NCBI GenBank assembly: GCA_963796685.1
Contig: CAWCMR010000015.1
Location: 160,001-224,000 of the forward strand
Length of the DNA: 64,000 nt
Source: an uncultured delta proteobacterium
GTDB lineage: Bacteria > Myxococcota_A > Polyangia > Fen-1088
Direction: 5' to 3'
The notes under the pieces are model-generated. The model saw nothing but the letters and a program-made list of their open reading frames with translations. It searched no databases and was not told the origin of the DNA. A program made the position numbers and the translations under genes. Below, piece by piece: positions 9,018 to 18,647 of this stretch; the stretch's first letter is position 1, and every line of letters begins with the position of its first letter.

Positions 9018-11777
9018 CTAGGCGTGCGCCAGGTATTGGTTACAGCGGTCCACAATCAGTTCGCGGTCGAGCTTCACGAGGTATTCGGTCAGCCCAGCAT
9101 CGCGGCCCTTCTTCTCGGCCAAATCACCCGACAGGGACGTCACGGCCAGGATCGGCAACTGGGCAAAGCGCCCATCGGCGCGAATCCGGCGGGTCATCTC
9201 CAGGCCGTCCATTTTCGGCATCTCCACGTCGGTGAAGACGAGGGCGACGGAGCCATTCTGTTCATCGAGGACTTGGAAGCCCTTTTCCCCGTCCTCGGCG
9301 GTCAGGACCTCGCAGCCGGCGTCGGTGAGAATGCTCTTCATCTGCTTGAGGAAAAAGGGCGAGTCCTCGACCACCAGGACGCGGCGGGCTCCGGTCAGGG
9401 CGGGTGGCCTGGCGTTCTTGTACTCGGGCAGTAGTTGGTCGACGAAGCCGTGCACATCGAGGATGAGGGAGATTTTTCCGTCGATGACCACCGAGCCCAT
9501 CACGCCCGGTTGCAGGTGCGTGGCTCCGTCGACGGCCGTGGATACCTCGACGATGTCGAGGATCTCGGACACCAGCAGGGCGGCTTCCCGACCGTAGGCC
9601 TTGAACACCACGGCGTTGAGGCGTTGCGAATCCGCCGGGACCGGACTGGCCGGCACGAGGGCGTTGATGGGGAGGAGCGCCAGCATGCTGTCGCGGTAGG
9701 CAACCGCCAGCCGGCCACCGACCTCGGACATGGCGGGGCGCGGGAAGCGCTCGATGCGCGAGATCATGCCCAAGGGAACCACGAATTGTTCCTCGGCGCG
9801 GTTGCGCACGATCAGATAGGTGTGGGCGTCGCGCGACGTATGGGCCAAGGCCTTGCGTTTGCTCTCCGCGTCTTCGATGGCGGTTTGCGTGGACGACAGG
9901 CCGGCCACCTCGCGCAGGCCGGCGATGTCGAGAATGAGCGCCACGCTGCCATCGCCGAGGATGGTGGCGCCCGCGTACTCGCGGCAATCAGCCAAATGAC
10001 CGCCGATGGGTTTGACCACGATCTCTTCCGAGTCGAGCAACTGGTCCACGACCAGGCCGTAGCGATGCGAGCCCACCGCCACCACCGCCACGTTGAGCGC
10101 GCTCGTGGGTGCCTCGCGGCGGTCGGGACCCCGGCGGCGATCGCTGGGCGGATCCTCCGGCGGCAGACCGCCGAGCTCGGGGCTGCGGCGATCGGCCAGG
10201 TTCTGCCGCCGCTCGGGCGTGCGCGCGCCCGTGGCGGGATCGAAGAACTGGCGCTCCATGCCCAGCACGTCGGCCAGGCGGACCAGCGGCAGAAGCTCCT
10301 CGCGCAAACGCATGACCGCGGCCGAGCCCAGGCGCTCGACCCGCTGGGCGACATCGCCGGGCGCTATGCGCACCAGCTCGACCAGGTTGATTTGGGGAAT
10401 GGCGAAGCGCTCGTCGTTCACCGCGACCAGGATGCTGGGGATGATGGCCAGGGTCAGTGGCAGCTTGACGGTGATACGCGTCTCCTGGCCGGGCCGGGAA
10501 TTCACGTCTACGGTGCCGCCGACCTTGGTGAGGTTGGTCAGCACCACGTCCATGCCTACGCCACGGCCCGAGACCTCGGTAACCTGGCTGGCGGTGGAGA
10601 ATCCGGGGCGGAAGATCAGCCGCGTGAGATCCTTGCTGCTCATGGCGTCGGCTTGGGCGCGGGTGAGGACGCCTTTCTCCACGGCCTTGTCGCCGATTCG
10701 CTTGGGATCGATGCCGGCGCCGTCGTCCGCGATCTCGATGACCACCTGGCCCGCCTCGTGCGAGGCGGCCAAGAGCAGCCGGCCCGTGGTCTTCTTGCCC
10801 GCGGCGGCGCGCCGCTCGGGCGTTTCCAGTCCGTGGTCTACGGCATTGCGCACGAGGTGGGTCAAGGGATCGCTGATGGCCTCGATGATGCTGCGATCGA
10901 GCTCCACGTCTTCGCCTTCGATTACGAGATCGACTTGTTTGCCCAGCTTCTGCGCCAGGTCGCGCACCACGCGCTTGAACTTGGTGAACACCGTGCCCAC
11001 CGACTGCATGCGCGTGGCCATGATGGCTTCCTGCAATTCCGAGGTGACGCCATCCACTCTCTGGGTGATTCCAGCAACCCCATCCATGTCCCGCTCGGTG
11101 GTCTTCTTGAGCAGGGCATTGCGCGTGAGCACCAACTCGCCCGCCAAGGTCATCAGCTTGTCGAGCAGAGTCAGGCTCACGCGCACGGTCGTGCCCTCGT
11201 TCTTGGCGGTGCCGGCGGCTTCGTGCGCCTGGGTCTGCGCGGTCGGCGGCGTGGGTGCTTGCCGTGCCGGCGCGGCCTCTTCGGCGGCCGAGCTCGACCC
11301 TTCATCACGTTCGAGCTCGGACGGCGCGGGTGATTCCTCGGCCTGCGGTGCCGATTGGATAGGCGAAATCGTGGGCGTCTCGGCCGACGTGGCGCCGGCC
11401 ACGACCTTGCGTAAGGCTGCTACCGTGGCCGTCGTGTCCACCGCGTCCATGGTGTCGAAGTCACCGATGATGGACTTCAGGTGATCCGCGCCCTGCAAGA
11501 GCAGCGTGGTCAGTTGGGTATCGGGGGAGAGGACGTGATCGCGGAAGAGGCCGAGCAAGCTTTCCATGGCGTGGGCCAGCTCCTTGATCTTGTCCAGCGC
11601 GAGAAACGCGGCCGTGCCCTTGATCGAATGGGCCACGCGAAAGACCTTGTTGACGAGCTCGTCGTTGACGGCCTTGCCGTCCGATTCGAGCCCGAGAATG
11701 TCCTCTTCGAGCGTCAGGAGATGCTCGCGCGACTCTTCCACGAATGCGATGAAGACCTCGTCGTTCTTATCAATCAT
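9018..11777 (-). CDS. cheA: Hybrid CheA histidine kinase (Hpt-dimerisation-HATPase-CheW-CheW-like-REC)
   Basis: FRVAHSIKG Hpt, [27 protein letters not shown], and a C-terminal VLVVEDS...TDVEMP REC domain. Confidence 0.95.
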   Translation of the reverse strand: MIDKNDEVFIAFVEESREHLLTLEEDILGLESDGKAVNDELVNKVFRVAHSIKGTAAFLALDKIKELAHAMESLLGLFRDHVLSPDTQLTTLLLQGADHLKSIIGDFDTMDAVDTTATVAALRKVVAGATSAETPTISPIQSAPQAEESPAPSELERDEGSSSAAEEAAPARQAPTPPTAQTQAHEAAGTAKNEGTTVRVSLTLLDKLMTLAGELVLTRNALLKKTTERDMDGVAGITQRVDGVTSELQEAIMATRMQSVGTVFTKFKRVVRDLAQKLGKQVDLVIEGEDVELDRSIIEAISDPLTHLVRNAVDHGLETPERRAAAGKKTTGRLLLAASHEAGQVVIEIADDGAGIDPKRIGDKAVEKGVLTRAQADAMSSKDLTRLIFRPGFSTASQVTEVSGRGVGMDVVLTNLTKVGGTVDVNSRPGQETRITVKLPLTLAIIPSILVAVNDERFAIPQINLVELVRIAPGDVAQRVERLGSAAVMRLREELLPLVRLADVLGMERQFFDPATGARTPERRQNLADRRSPELGGLPPEDPPSDRRRGPDRREAPTSALNVAVVAVGSHRYGLVVDQLLDSEEIVVKPIGGHLADCREYAGATILGDGSVALILDIAGLREVAGLSSTQTAIEDAESKRKALAHTSRDAHTYLIVRNRAEEQFVVPLGMISRIERFPRPAMSEVGGRLAVAYRDSMLALLPINALVPASPVPADSQRLNAVVFKAYGREAALLVSEILDIVEVSTAVDGATHLQPGVMGSVVIDGKISLILDVHGFVDQLLPEYKNARPPALTGARRVLVVEDSPFFLKQMKSILTDAGCEVLTAEDGEKGFQVLDEQNGSVALVFTDVEMPKMDGLEMTRRIRADGRFAQLPILAVTSLSGDLAEKKGRDAGLTEYLVKLDRELIVDRCNQYLAHA

Positions 11778-12017
11778 GGGAAGTTGACCTTGTGGAACAG
11801 GGCAGCGCGTTTCGCGATCACATCGGCCGATGAGCGCCGGCAGTTGAGGTCTTGCGCTTGGCGAGATGCGACAATGTCGCGTCGCCGCCACCGACGTCTC
11901 TGGGCTCCTTCTTCGTGCTCATGCTGCCTCTGTGCTCTCTTCCTCCCTCCGCGCTCTCTCACCCCGTGATAGAACCCGCGCCGCATTTCGATGGGCGCCG
12001 AGAGTCCGAAGAGCGCG

Positions 12018-12761
12018 ATGAGCGAGGCCAAGCTTTGGCCGGACTTCTCGCGCGCCGAACAATACGACGATGCGGTCAATCGCGCCTTCTACCGCGGCGC
12101 CCTCGCGCGGCTGCTGGAACGGGCCCCGCGGCTCTCCGGTCGCGGCCTCGATCTCGGGTGCGGTACCGGTTTTTCGCTCGAGGGCCTGATGGAGCACGCT
12201 CCCGGTGTGGCGTGGATCGGAGCGGATTGCTCGCGCAAGATGCTGGACCTGGCACGCGCAAAACCCGGCATACGCGCGGCCTTGCTCTGCGAGACGAGGG
12301 CCGAAGCGCTGCCCTTCGCGGACCGGAGCTTCGACGCGGTGGTGGCGAATTTTTCCTGGCACTGGTTCGGTGCGGAGGCGGGACGACAAGTGCGCCGGGT
12401 GCTTCGCCCGGGCGGTTGGTTTCTCGCCAGCTTGCCCTTGCGACACTTTTCCGCCGCGCCGGGGAACCGGGCCCTGGCGCGCGCGCTGCTTGCCGGACGG
12501 GACCACTTTGTCCGTCGGTCGAGTCAGGGCCTTCATTTCGAGAATGTGCCAGGCGTGCTACCGGGCGGGTTGAACGTGTCGCGGCACGAGCTGGTCTTGG
12601 CCAGCGAGCGGTTCGCGAATGGTGAGGAGCTGCTCGACGTGCTTCGCAGTCGGGGAGCGCTGGCCGCCGTCTTCGGCGACAAGCCGCCGCTGACCATCGA
12701 GGCACCTTCGCCCGTCGACTTCGAATGGCCCTTCGCCGTGCTGCACGCGCAGGTCTTGTGA
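12018..12761 (+). CDS. Class I SAM-dependent methyltransferase (BioC-like)
   Basis: LDLGCGTG, AEALPFADRSFDAVV and RVLRPGG motifs. Confidence 0.8.
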   Translation: MSEAKLWPDFSRAEQYDDAVNRAFYRGALARLLERAPRLSGRGLDLGCGTGFSLEGLMEHAPGVAWIGADCSRKMLDLARAKPGIRAALLCETRAEALPFADRSFDAVVANFSWHWFGAEAGRQVRRVLRPGGWFLASLPLRHFSAAPGNRALARALLAGRDHFVRRSSQGLHFENVPGVLPGGLNVSRHELVLASERFANGEELLDVLRSRGALAAVFGDKPPLTIEAPSPVDFEWPFAVLHAQVL

Positions 12762-13598
12762 CTACCCGGCTCGCGCCTGCCGCTGGGTGATGTGATACAG
12801 GAAGACCGCGCCCGCGGTGGCGACGTTCAGCGAGTCCACCGCCGGCGACCGGGCCATGGGGATGGTCACCAGGGTGTCGCACGCACCCCGGGTCTGCGCA
12901 TCGAGGCCGGGCCCCTCGGCGCCGAAAAGAACGGCCAGGCGGGGCGGGGGAAGGAAGTCGGCCAGAGCCGCCGCGCTCGCGTCCACCACGGCGCCCACCA
13001 GAGCGAGATGGTGTTGCTCGCGCAGGGCCAGCAAGTCTTCGGGCCAGCGCTCGGCGCGCACGATGGGCAGGGACAACACGGCGCCGGCCGAGGTGCGCAC
13101 GGCCTTGCGGTAGTAGGGATCGGCGCAGCGGGGTGACAGCAACATGGCATCGGCCCCGAAGGCCGCGGCGTTGCGGGCCATGGCGCCCAGGTTGTCCACG
13201 TCCACCAGATCCACGAGCACGACCACGGTGCGTGCGTCGGGTGGAATGGTCGGGGACCTTGGGCGCTCGGCAATGGCCAGGCAGCCGCGATGAACGTGAA
13301 AACCGGCGATGTGATCCATCACGCCCTGGGGCACCACGAAGACCGGAAAATCGCCTCTGCCGGCGGCCAGCACCGGTTCGAGGGACGCCAGCCGAGGCGC
13401 GGTCAGGAGCAGCGAGCACACGCGCAAGTCCGTGGCGAGCAGCTTGCGCACCACGAGCTCGCTCTCGGCCACGAAACGACCGCTGCTCTCGCCGAGCCGG
13501 CGGTCTTGCAAGTCGCGATAGTCCGTCAGGCGTGCGTCGTCGAGGGCGGACTCGGTCAGGAAATGAACGTCGATGGACACGGTGAGGTAGCTGACCAC
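12762..13598 (-). CDS. SpoU/TrmH-family RNA methyltransferase (start may be 13580)
   Basis: GFHVHRGCLA, DNLGAMARNAAAFG, FGAEGPGL and DSLNVATA SPOUT motifs. Confidence 0.9.
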   Translation of the reverse strand: MVSYLTVSIDVHFLTESALDDARLTDYRDLQDRRLGESSGRFVAESELVVRKLLATDLRVCSLLLTAPRLASLEPVLAAGRGDFPVFVVPQGVMDHIAGFHVHRGCLAIAERPRSPTIPPDARTVVVLVDLVDVDNLGAMARNAAAFGADAMLLSPRCADPYYRKAVRTSAGAVLSLPIVRAERWPEDLLALREQHHLALVGAVVDASAAALADFLPPPRLAVLFGAEGPGLDAQTRGACDTLVTIPMARSPAVDSLNVATAGAVFLYHITQRQARAG

Positions 13599-13691
13599 AG
13601 TTCGTCTACGCTAGCCACGGCGTCGGGCGGGTGGGTAGAGTTCTTTCCCATCGCCGATACAGGCGCTAGGATGTCGCCCAGGACTGACGAG

Positions 13692-14924
13692 ATGTTTCGG
13701 CGAATCAAGATCGATGGCTACAAGGGCCTGCGCGGAACCAGCTTGGATCTCAAGCAGGACGGCCTGACCGTGCTCCTTGGTCCAAATGGATCCGGAAAAT
13801 CCAGTGTGTTCGGCGCGATTCAGCTACTTCAGGAAGCCTCGGCGCGGCTACTCCGCGAGTGCCACATTGCTGGCGAGCATTTTGCGGATTTCGTCGAGCG
13901 CGGTGACCTGCTGAAGAGCATCAAACTGGAGGCGGAAGTGGTGGGGAATACCGAGAGGCCAACGACTTGGCGTTTGGACCTTCGGCAACGGGCATCAGGT
14001 CTTGAGGTCTATCAGGAAGAATTGTCCGACGGAATCCAGCAAGCATTGCGCGATTCCTCCGAGAAGATCTCGGTCGATGGAAAATTGGTCAACTACTACT
14101 CTCTCCCGAATGACCAAACCCTCTGCAGGCATGTCAGATCCTCCTGGGGCTTTCGTGACAGTTCGGAGAATGACGTGTGGCGTGCGCTCGCCGAGAAGGT
14201 GGACGAGTCGTTGGGTTCGGGCAGGACCGCGCGATTGAATCCAGTGCGCCTCTCAGAGGCAGTTCCACTTGATGAACAGGTAGACATTGATGGCTACGGG
14301 CTGGCCGCGCAGCTACTCCAGCTATCTTCGAGGCGCCGGAAGGTATTCGCTGAAATCCAGGACCGATTCTGCGCACTGTTTCCGTGGGTTGAAGAGATTG
14401 AGCTGCCAACAACCTCCAATCGGACGACGAAGCAGGGCAAGGATGTTCTGGTCGGAACAGGCTATGTCGAGATCAGATTCCGGGAAAAGGGCATCGACAA
14501 GTCCTATCCGGCGCGCGAGATGGCTTCGGGGATGCTGCTGGCGCTGGCGCTGCTGTGGATGGTGCATCGACCGGATGGCGACCGGATCATCTGTTTCGAC
14601 GAGCCGGAGAGCTCCGTTCATCCCTACCTACTGAAGTATGTCTACGATCTCTTGAAAGGCCTGACCAAGGCCGAGGCTGGCCGCCCCGCGGTTCAGGTGC
14701 TGGTGGCGACCCATTCGGTCGACTTCGTCAACCTTTGCGCCCCCGACGAAGTGCGCATCTGCGAACGCACCGGCGACGGACGGGTTCAAATCCAGTCGAT
14801 CTCGGATAAGAAAGACCTCGCCGCGGCAGTGGACAACTATCGCGGCGCAATGGGTGAGATCTGGTTTTCAGGCGCCATCGGCGGGTTACCGACCCATGTC
14901 CCTAAGAGTTCTTCTCCTCGGTGA
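13692..14924 (+). CDS. ABC-type (AAA_21/AAA_15-like) ATPase
   Basis: MFRRIKIDGYKGL, Walker A GPNGSGKS, signature EMASG, Walker B/D-loop FDEPESSVHP, H-loop ATHS, C-terminal GEIWFSGAIGG. Confidence 0.88.
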   Translation: MFRRIKIDGYKGLRGTSLDLKQDGLTVLLGPNGSGKSSVFGAIQLLQEASARLLRECHIAGEHFADFVERGDLLKSIKLEAEVVGNTERPTTWRLDLRQRASGLEVYQEELSDGIQQALRDSSEKISVDGKLVNYYSLPNDQTLCRHVRSSWGFRDSSENDVWRALAEKVDESLGSGRTARLNPVRLSEAVPLDEQVDIDGYGLAAQLLQLSSRRRKVFAEIQDRFCALFPWVEEIELPTTSNRTTKQGKDVLVGTGYVEIRFREKGIDKSYPAREMASGMLLALALLWMVHRPDGDRIICFDEPESSVHPYLLKYVYDLLKGLTKAEAGRPAVQVLVATHSVDFVNLCAPDEVRICERTGDGRVQIQSISDKKDLAAAVDNYRGAMGEIWFSGAIGGLPTHVPKSSSPR

Positions 14925-15576
14925 GGGCAAGTCGGAGGAGGGCGAGCGGAACGGCCCGTCCGCCCAACCAGGCAAGCCAATCCAAGAAGCGTCGCTGGGG
15001 GCGGCGCATGTCCTCGTTCCTCGCGTTGTCGTAGAGGTGCTGAAAGAGCCAGTGCCGACCTTCGTGGTCGCACCTCGACTTCGGCAATCGCCGAGAACAG
15101 GAAATCCGGGGCTCATCAAAGATCTCGAAGGCGCCCCTCGGATAGCGGCGAATCCTCGCCAGAAAGGCTGGTTGGAGAGATGCGTTGGCGATACGAGCGT
15201 GGATTTGGTCGTGTTGCTCAAGGATTGCAAGGTCGATGGACGAGAGTGCGGAGTGGACAAGGTTGTTTCAGAGCTAGGGTCAGCCATAGCAGGTCGGCTT
15301 CCGCACGGTGGTACGCAGGTAGTGAGAGCCGCCGCCAAGCCCAGTCTTGAAGGGTGGCTGTTGGAGTCCCCCGAATCCGAAGAGATCGGCGAGAAGAGAG
15401 CAAAGGCCCTGTGGGCTGAACGCGGATACGATCCCGGTGACGTTTCGAGCATGGCCGGTGCCGCGTGGAATCTGGATTTGGCGAACCTTGAAGCTGTATG
15501 CCCCGAAGGTTTCGGTCGGTTGGTCAAGGACTTGCGGGAAGCCGTCCATGCCTGCAAGGTGACGTCGAAAGCATGA
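14896..15576 (+). CDS. Putative TOPRIM-like (DUF4276/RloB-like) partner of the ATPase
   Basis: N-terminal VLLLGEGKSE, central VDLVVLLKD and AKPSLEGWLL; overlaps the ATPase stop. Confidence 0.6.
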   Translation: MSLRVLLLGEGKSEEGERNGPSAQPGKPIQEASLGAAHVLVPRVVVEVLKEPVPTFVVAPRLRQSPRTGNPGLIKDLEGAPRIAANPRQKGWLERCVGDTSVDLVVLLKDCKVDGRECGVDKVVSELGSAIAGRLPHGGTQVVRAAAKPSLEGWLLESPESEEIGEKRAKALWAERGYDPGDVSSMAGAAWNLDLANLEAVCPEGFGRLVKDLREAVHACKVTSKA

Positions 15577-16934
15577 AGCCTGTCGTCGTCGCTGGTGCCG
15601 GGATCTCCGGGCTGGGCCTTGCGTTCGAGCTGCGCCGCCGGGGCGTGGCGGTGGTGGTGTTGGAGAGCGAGGGTAGGGCAGGGGGCAAGATCGAGAGCGA
15701 CCATCGCGAGGGCTACCTGTGCGAGCGCGGACCGGCCAGCTATCTCGACCGGTCGGGCAGCATCACCGCCTTGGCCAAGGCGCTGGGCATCGAGAATCGC
15801 GTGGTATGGGCCGGGGCGGCGGCCGAGCGGCGACTGGTGGCGGCCAAGGGCCGATTGCACGACGCTCCCGCCACGGCGGGCGCCTTTGCCAAGTCGCCAC
15901 TCCTGTCCTGGTCGGGCAAGCTGCGCGCGGCGCTGGATCTGGTCCTGCCACGCGGGCCTTCGGCGCGCGGCGAGGACGAATCGGTGGCGGCCTTTGCGAG
16001 CCGGCGCTTGGGCGTGCAGGCGGGCGAGCGCCTCCTGCAGCCTCTGGTTTCCGGGCTGTACGCCGGCGATCCCGAGCAGGTCAGCTTGCCGTCGGCGTTT
16101 CCACTGGTGGCGGCCATGGAGCGCACCCGACGCAGCTTCATGCTGGCCATGCGCAGCGAATTCGCGGCAGCCAGGGCGAAGACGGCACCGCGCCTGGCTT
16201 CGTTCGAGCACGGGCTGGATGAATTGACGGCCGCGCTTGCGGAGCATCTCGGACAGGATTTGCGTCTCGGGGCACGGTTGCTCGGCGTCGAGAAGGACGC
16301 GGAGGCCTATCGACTCGCCGTGGAGGAGCGCGGGCAGATCCAGACCCTGGAAGCGCGCGCCGTGGTCATGGCACTGCCAGCCCACGTAGCGACCTCGGTG
16401 GTGGGCCCTTTCGACGGCCAGATCGCGGACACGCTGGCGCGCATCCCCTATGTGCCGGTCACCCTCGTGCACCTCGGCTATCCTGTCTCCGCGTTGTCGC
16501 GTGCCATCGACGCCTACGGCTTCTTCGTGCCACCCTCCGAGCCCTTGCGCGTGCTGGGGGGAATCTTCCCTTCTCAGTTCTTCCAGGCGCGCGCGCCCGA
16601 GGGCTTTCATCTGTTCTCGGTGCGCACGGGCGGGGCCCGCCATCCCGAGGCCTTCACCATGCCCGACGCCGAGCTGGTCGCGCTCGCCGACGGCGAGCTG
16701 CGCGGCCTGCTCGGCCTGACCGCGGGTCCGTCGTTCGTCCACATCGTCCGCCATGAGCGTGCCTTGCCCCAGTACACGCTCGGGCACATGGGCCGCGTCG
16801 CCTTGCTCGAAGAAGGCGAGCGCCGCCATCCCGGGCTCTTCTTCCACGGCAACGCCTACCACAACGCGGGTGTGCCCGAGCTGGTCAGCCGCTCGACGAA
16901 GCTGGCCGAACGGGTGGCGAGATTCGTCGCGTAG
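15573..16934 (+). CDS. hemY: Protoporphyrinogen/coproporphyrinogen oxidase (HemY/HemG FAD-dependent type)
   Basis: GAGISGL dinucleotide motif, ERGP, GLYAGDPEQVS and ALPQYTLGH. Confidence 0.92.
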   Translation: MKPVVVAGAGISGLGLAFELRRRGVAVVVLESEGRAGGKIESDHREGYLCERGPASYLDRSGSITALAKALGIENRVVWAGAAAERRLVAAKGRLHDAPATAGAFAKSPLLSWSGKLRAALDLVLPRGPSARGEDESVAAFASRRLGVQAGERLLQPLVSGLYAGDPEQVSLPSAFPLVAAMERTRRSFMLAMRSEFAAARAKTAPRLASFEHGLDELTAALAEHLGQDLRLGARLLGVEKDAEAYRLAVEERGQIQTLEARAVVMALPAHVATSVVGPFDGQIADTLARIPYVPVTLVHLGYPVSALSRAIDAYGFFVPPSEPLRVLGGIFPSQFFQARAPEGFHLFSVRTGGARHPEAFTMPDAELVALADGELRGLLGLTAGPSFVHIVRHERALPQYTLGHMGRVALLEEGERRHPGLFFHGNAYHNAGVPELVSRSTKLAERVARFVA

Positions 16935-16940
16935 CCGGCG

Positions 16941-18569
16941 TCACAGGTCGGCCAGGAACGCTTGCACGGCGCGGAGCTGCTCGCCGGTGGCGATGAACCG
17001 CGGTTCCTGGTTGCCTGCGGCCTCGTGCGACGCCGCGTGCGCCGCCAGTTTCCCCCGCAGCGATGGGCATTCGTCGAGCAAGGCCACGACCGTGGCGAAG
17101 CTCGTCGCGTCGAGCTCGCCTTCGAGCGCGGCCAGCTTGCCAAGTGCCGTCCACGGTTTCCCGGCGGCCACGGCCGCCCGAAGTACCCGTGTTCCTTGGT
17201 CCAAGGCCTTGGCGCGCTCACGGCTCGATTCCGCGCGGGCTTCCCTGACCAGCACCCGTTCGAGAGCGAGCGCAGCGGCGAGCGCGACATTCCGGGCGAG
17301 CAGCCGCCAACCAATCCGGAACAGCTTGTCGGCGCTTGTCCGCCGCAGCAACGAGACGGGCGCCTCTTGGCCGGTCTCGCCCTGCAGCAGGCGCTCCATG
17401 CCCAGGTTGCAGGTGGCGACCGCCGCATGGGCAGCCTCCATGGCACGTAGCGCGCGGCCCTCGATGCTGCAACCAGCGCCCAGCGCATTGGCCAGATAGG
17501 CAAGCTCTTGCATGCGCTGCCCGTGAAGGGCGATGGTTTGCGCGCGTAGCTCGCGCATGGCTCGGGTGAAGACGCCAACCTCTTCCCCAGACGAAGCGTC
17601 GGAGTCGCCCTGCAACAGGAGCGGCGTCTTGGACGGCGGCAGGATCTCGGCACCACGCAAGATCTCCACGAGACCGGCGGCGGCCTTCGCAGCTTTCGAG
17701 GAGATGCCCACCTGCGCGCCGTCGGACGTGCTTGCGGGACGTACCGGCGCACGCAGGGATCGGAAGTAGGCGTGGGTGACCGGGTCTCGCTCCTTCCTCG
17801 CGAGGACATCGGCCAGCTCGCCGGTTCGCGCCAAGGCCAGGAAGCTCGCGGCGCTCGACGGGGTAATGAATCCTTCTTCAGCCCTGCGCTCCTCGCGGTC
17901 GGCGCCGACGTCCGATTCCAGCATCTCGTCGGAGGTCAGCACGCGATAGAGGCCGCCGTTGTCTTGGATGAAATCGGCGGCCATGTGGCAGCAGTGTCCC
18001 AGCACGCGGCCGAGGAAATCGTGGTGATCGCGGTCGAGGGCGAGCAGGACCGTGAGGATGGCGTCCCAACCCTCATGGTTGCGCGAGATGATGCGGTACT
18101 CGTCGAGCTCCTCGCACAGGCAGCTTTCCAGGGCCTTTTCGGTCAGCTCGTCGTCGTCGGACATCCCATCCGCCATGGCCAGCGCCAGCTCCTCGATGTC
18201 GATGACCAGGACGTGTTTGTGCAGGGCCAGGGTGACGAGATCCTCGGGCAGCTCGGCGAGCTTGGCCGCCGCGAGCTCTTCTCCCGCTTCCAGCATGACC
18301 TCCAGCCAAAGGGCGAAGCGGTTGGCGTCGAAGGTATCGTCCTTGCCCGGTCGTTCGCTTCGCCAGAGGTCGTCGTCGAAGATGCGCCGTAGCTGCTCGG
18401 TCGTGGCCAGGGCGACGATCTCGCCCGCGTCCTCCAGGCCGACGTGCTCGATGAGCTTGCCGAGAGCCCGCGCGGGCAGGGCTTGCACGGCCGCGACCAG
18501 GTTGGGCTCTTCGAGAATACGAGCCAACAACGCGTGCGGCGCGGCTCGTCGGCTCGGCAGGGGCGACAT
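16941..18569 (-). CDS. Hypothetical protein, DUF6178-like
   Basis: GLEDAGEIVALAT...FDDDLW and REERRAEEGF segments resemble a myxobacterial DUF6178-type family; long ORF with host-like codon use. Confidence 0.6.
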   Translation of the reverse strand: MSPLPSRRAAPHALLARILEEPNLVAAVQALPARALGKLIEHVGLEDAGEIVALATTEQLRRIFDDDLWRSERPGKDDTFDANRFALWLEVMLEAGEELAAAKLAELPEDLVTLALHKHVLVIDIEELALAMADGMSDDDELTEKALESCLCEELDEYRIISRNHEGWDAILTVLLALDRDHHDFLGRVLGHCCHMAADFIQDNGGLYRVLTSDEMLESDVGADREERRAEEGFITPSSAASFLALARTGELADVLARKERDPVTHAYFRSLRAPVRPASTSDGAQVGISSKAAKAAAGLVEILRGAEILPPSKTPLLLQGDSDASSGEEVGVFTRAMRELRAQTIALHGQRMQELAYLANALGAGCSIEGRALRAMEAAHAAVATCNLGMERLLQGETGQEAPVSLLRRTSADKLFRIGWRLLARNVALAAALALERVLVREARAESSRERAKALDQGTRVLRAAVAAGKPWTALGKLAALEGELDATSFATVVALLDECPSLRGKLAAHAASHEAAGNQEPRFIATGEQLRAVQAFLADL

Positions 18570-18647
18570 GACCACATTGGGCCAGCCTCTTCGTGCTTGC
18601 GCAAGACCTCTCATGGCAACCGGCGGAGATGGTACAAAGGAACAGAG

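Noticed and set aside
7592-11484. Long antisense ORFs over the che, atp, tex and hsd genes
   Set aside because: Shadow ORFs expected in high-GC DNA; no motifs, and they overlap well-supported genes.
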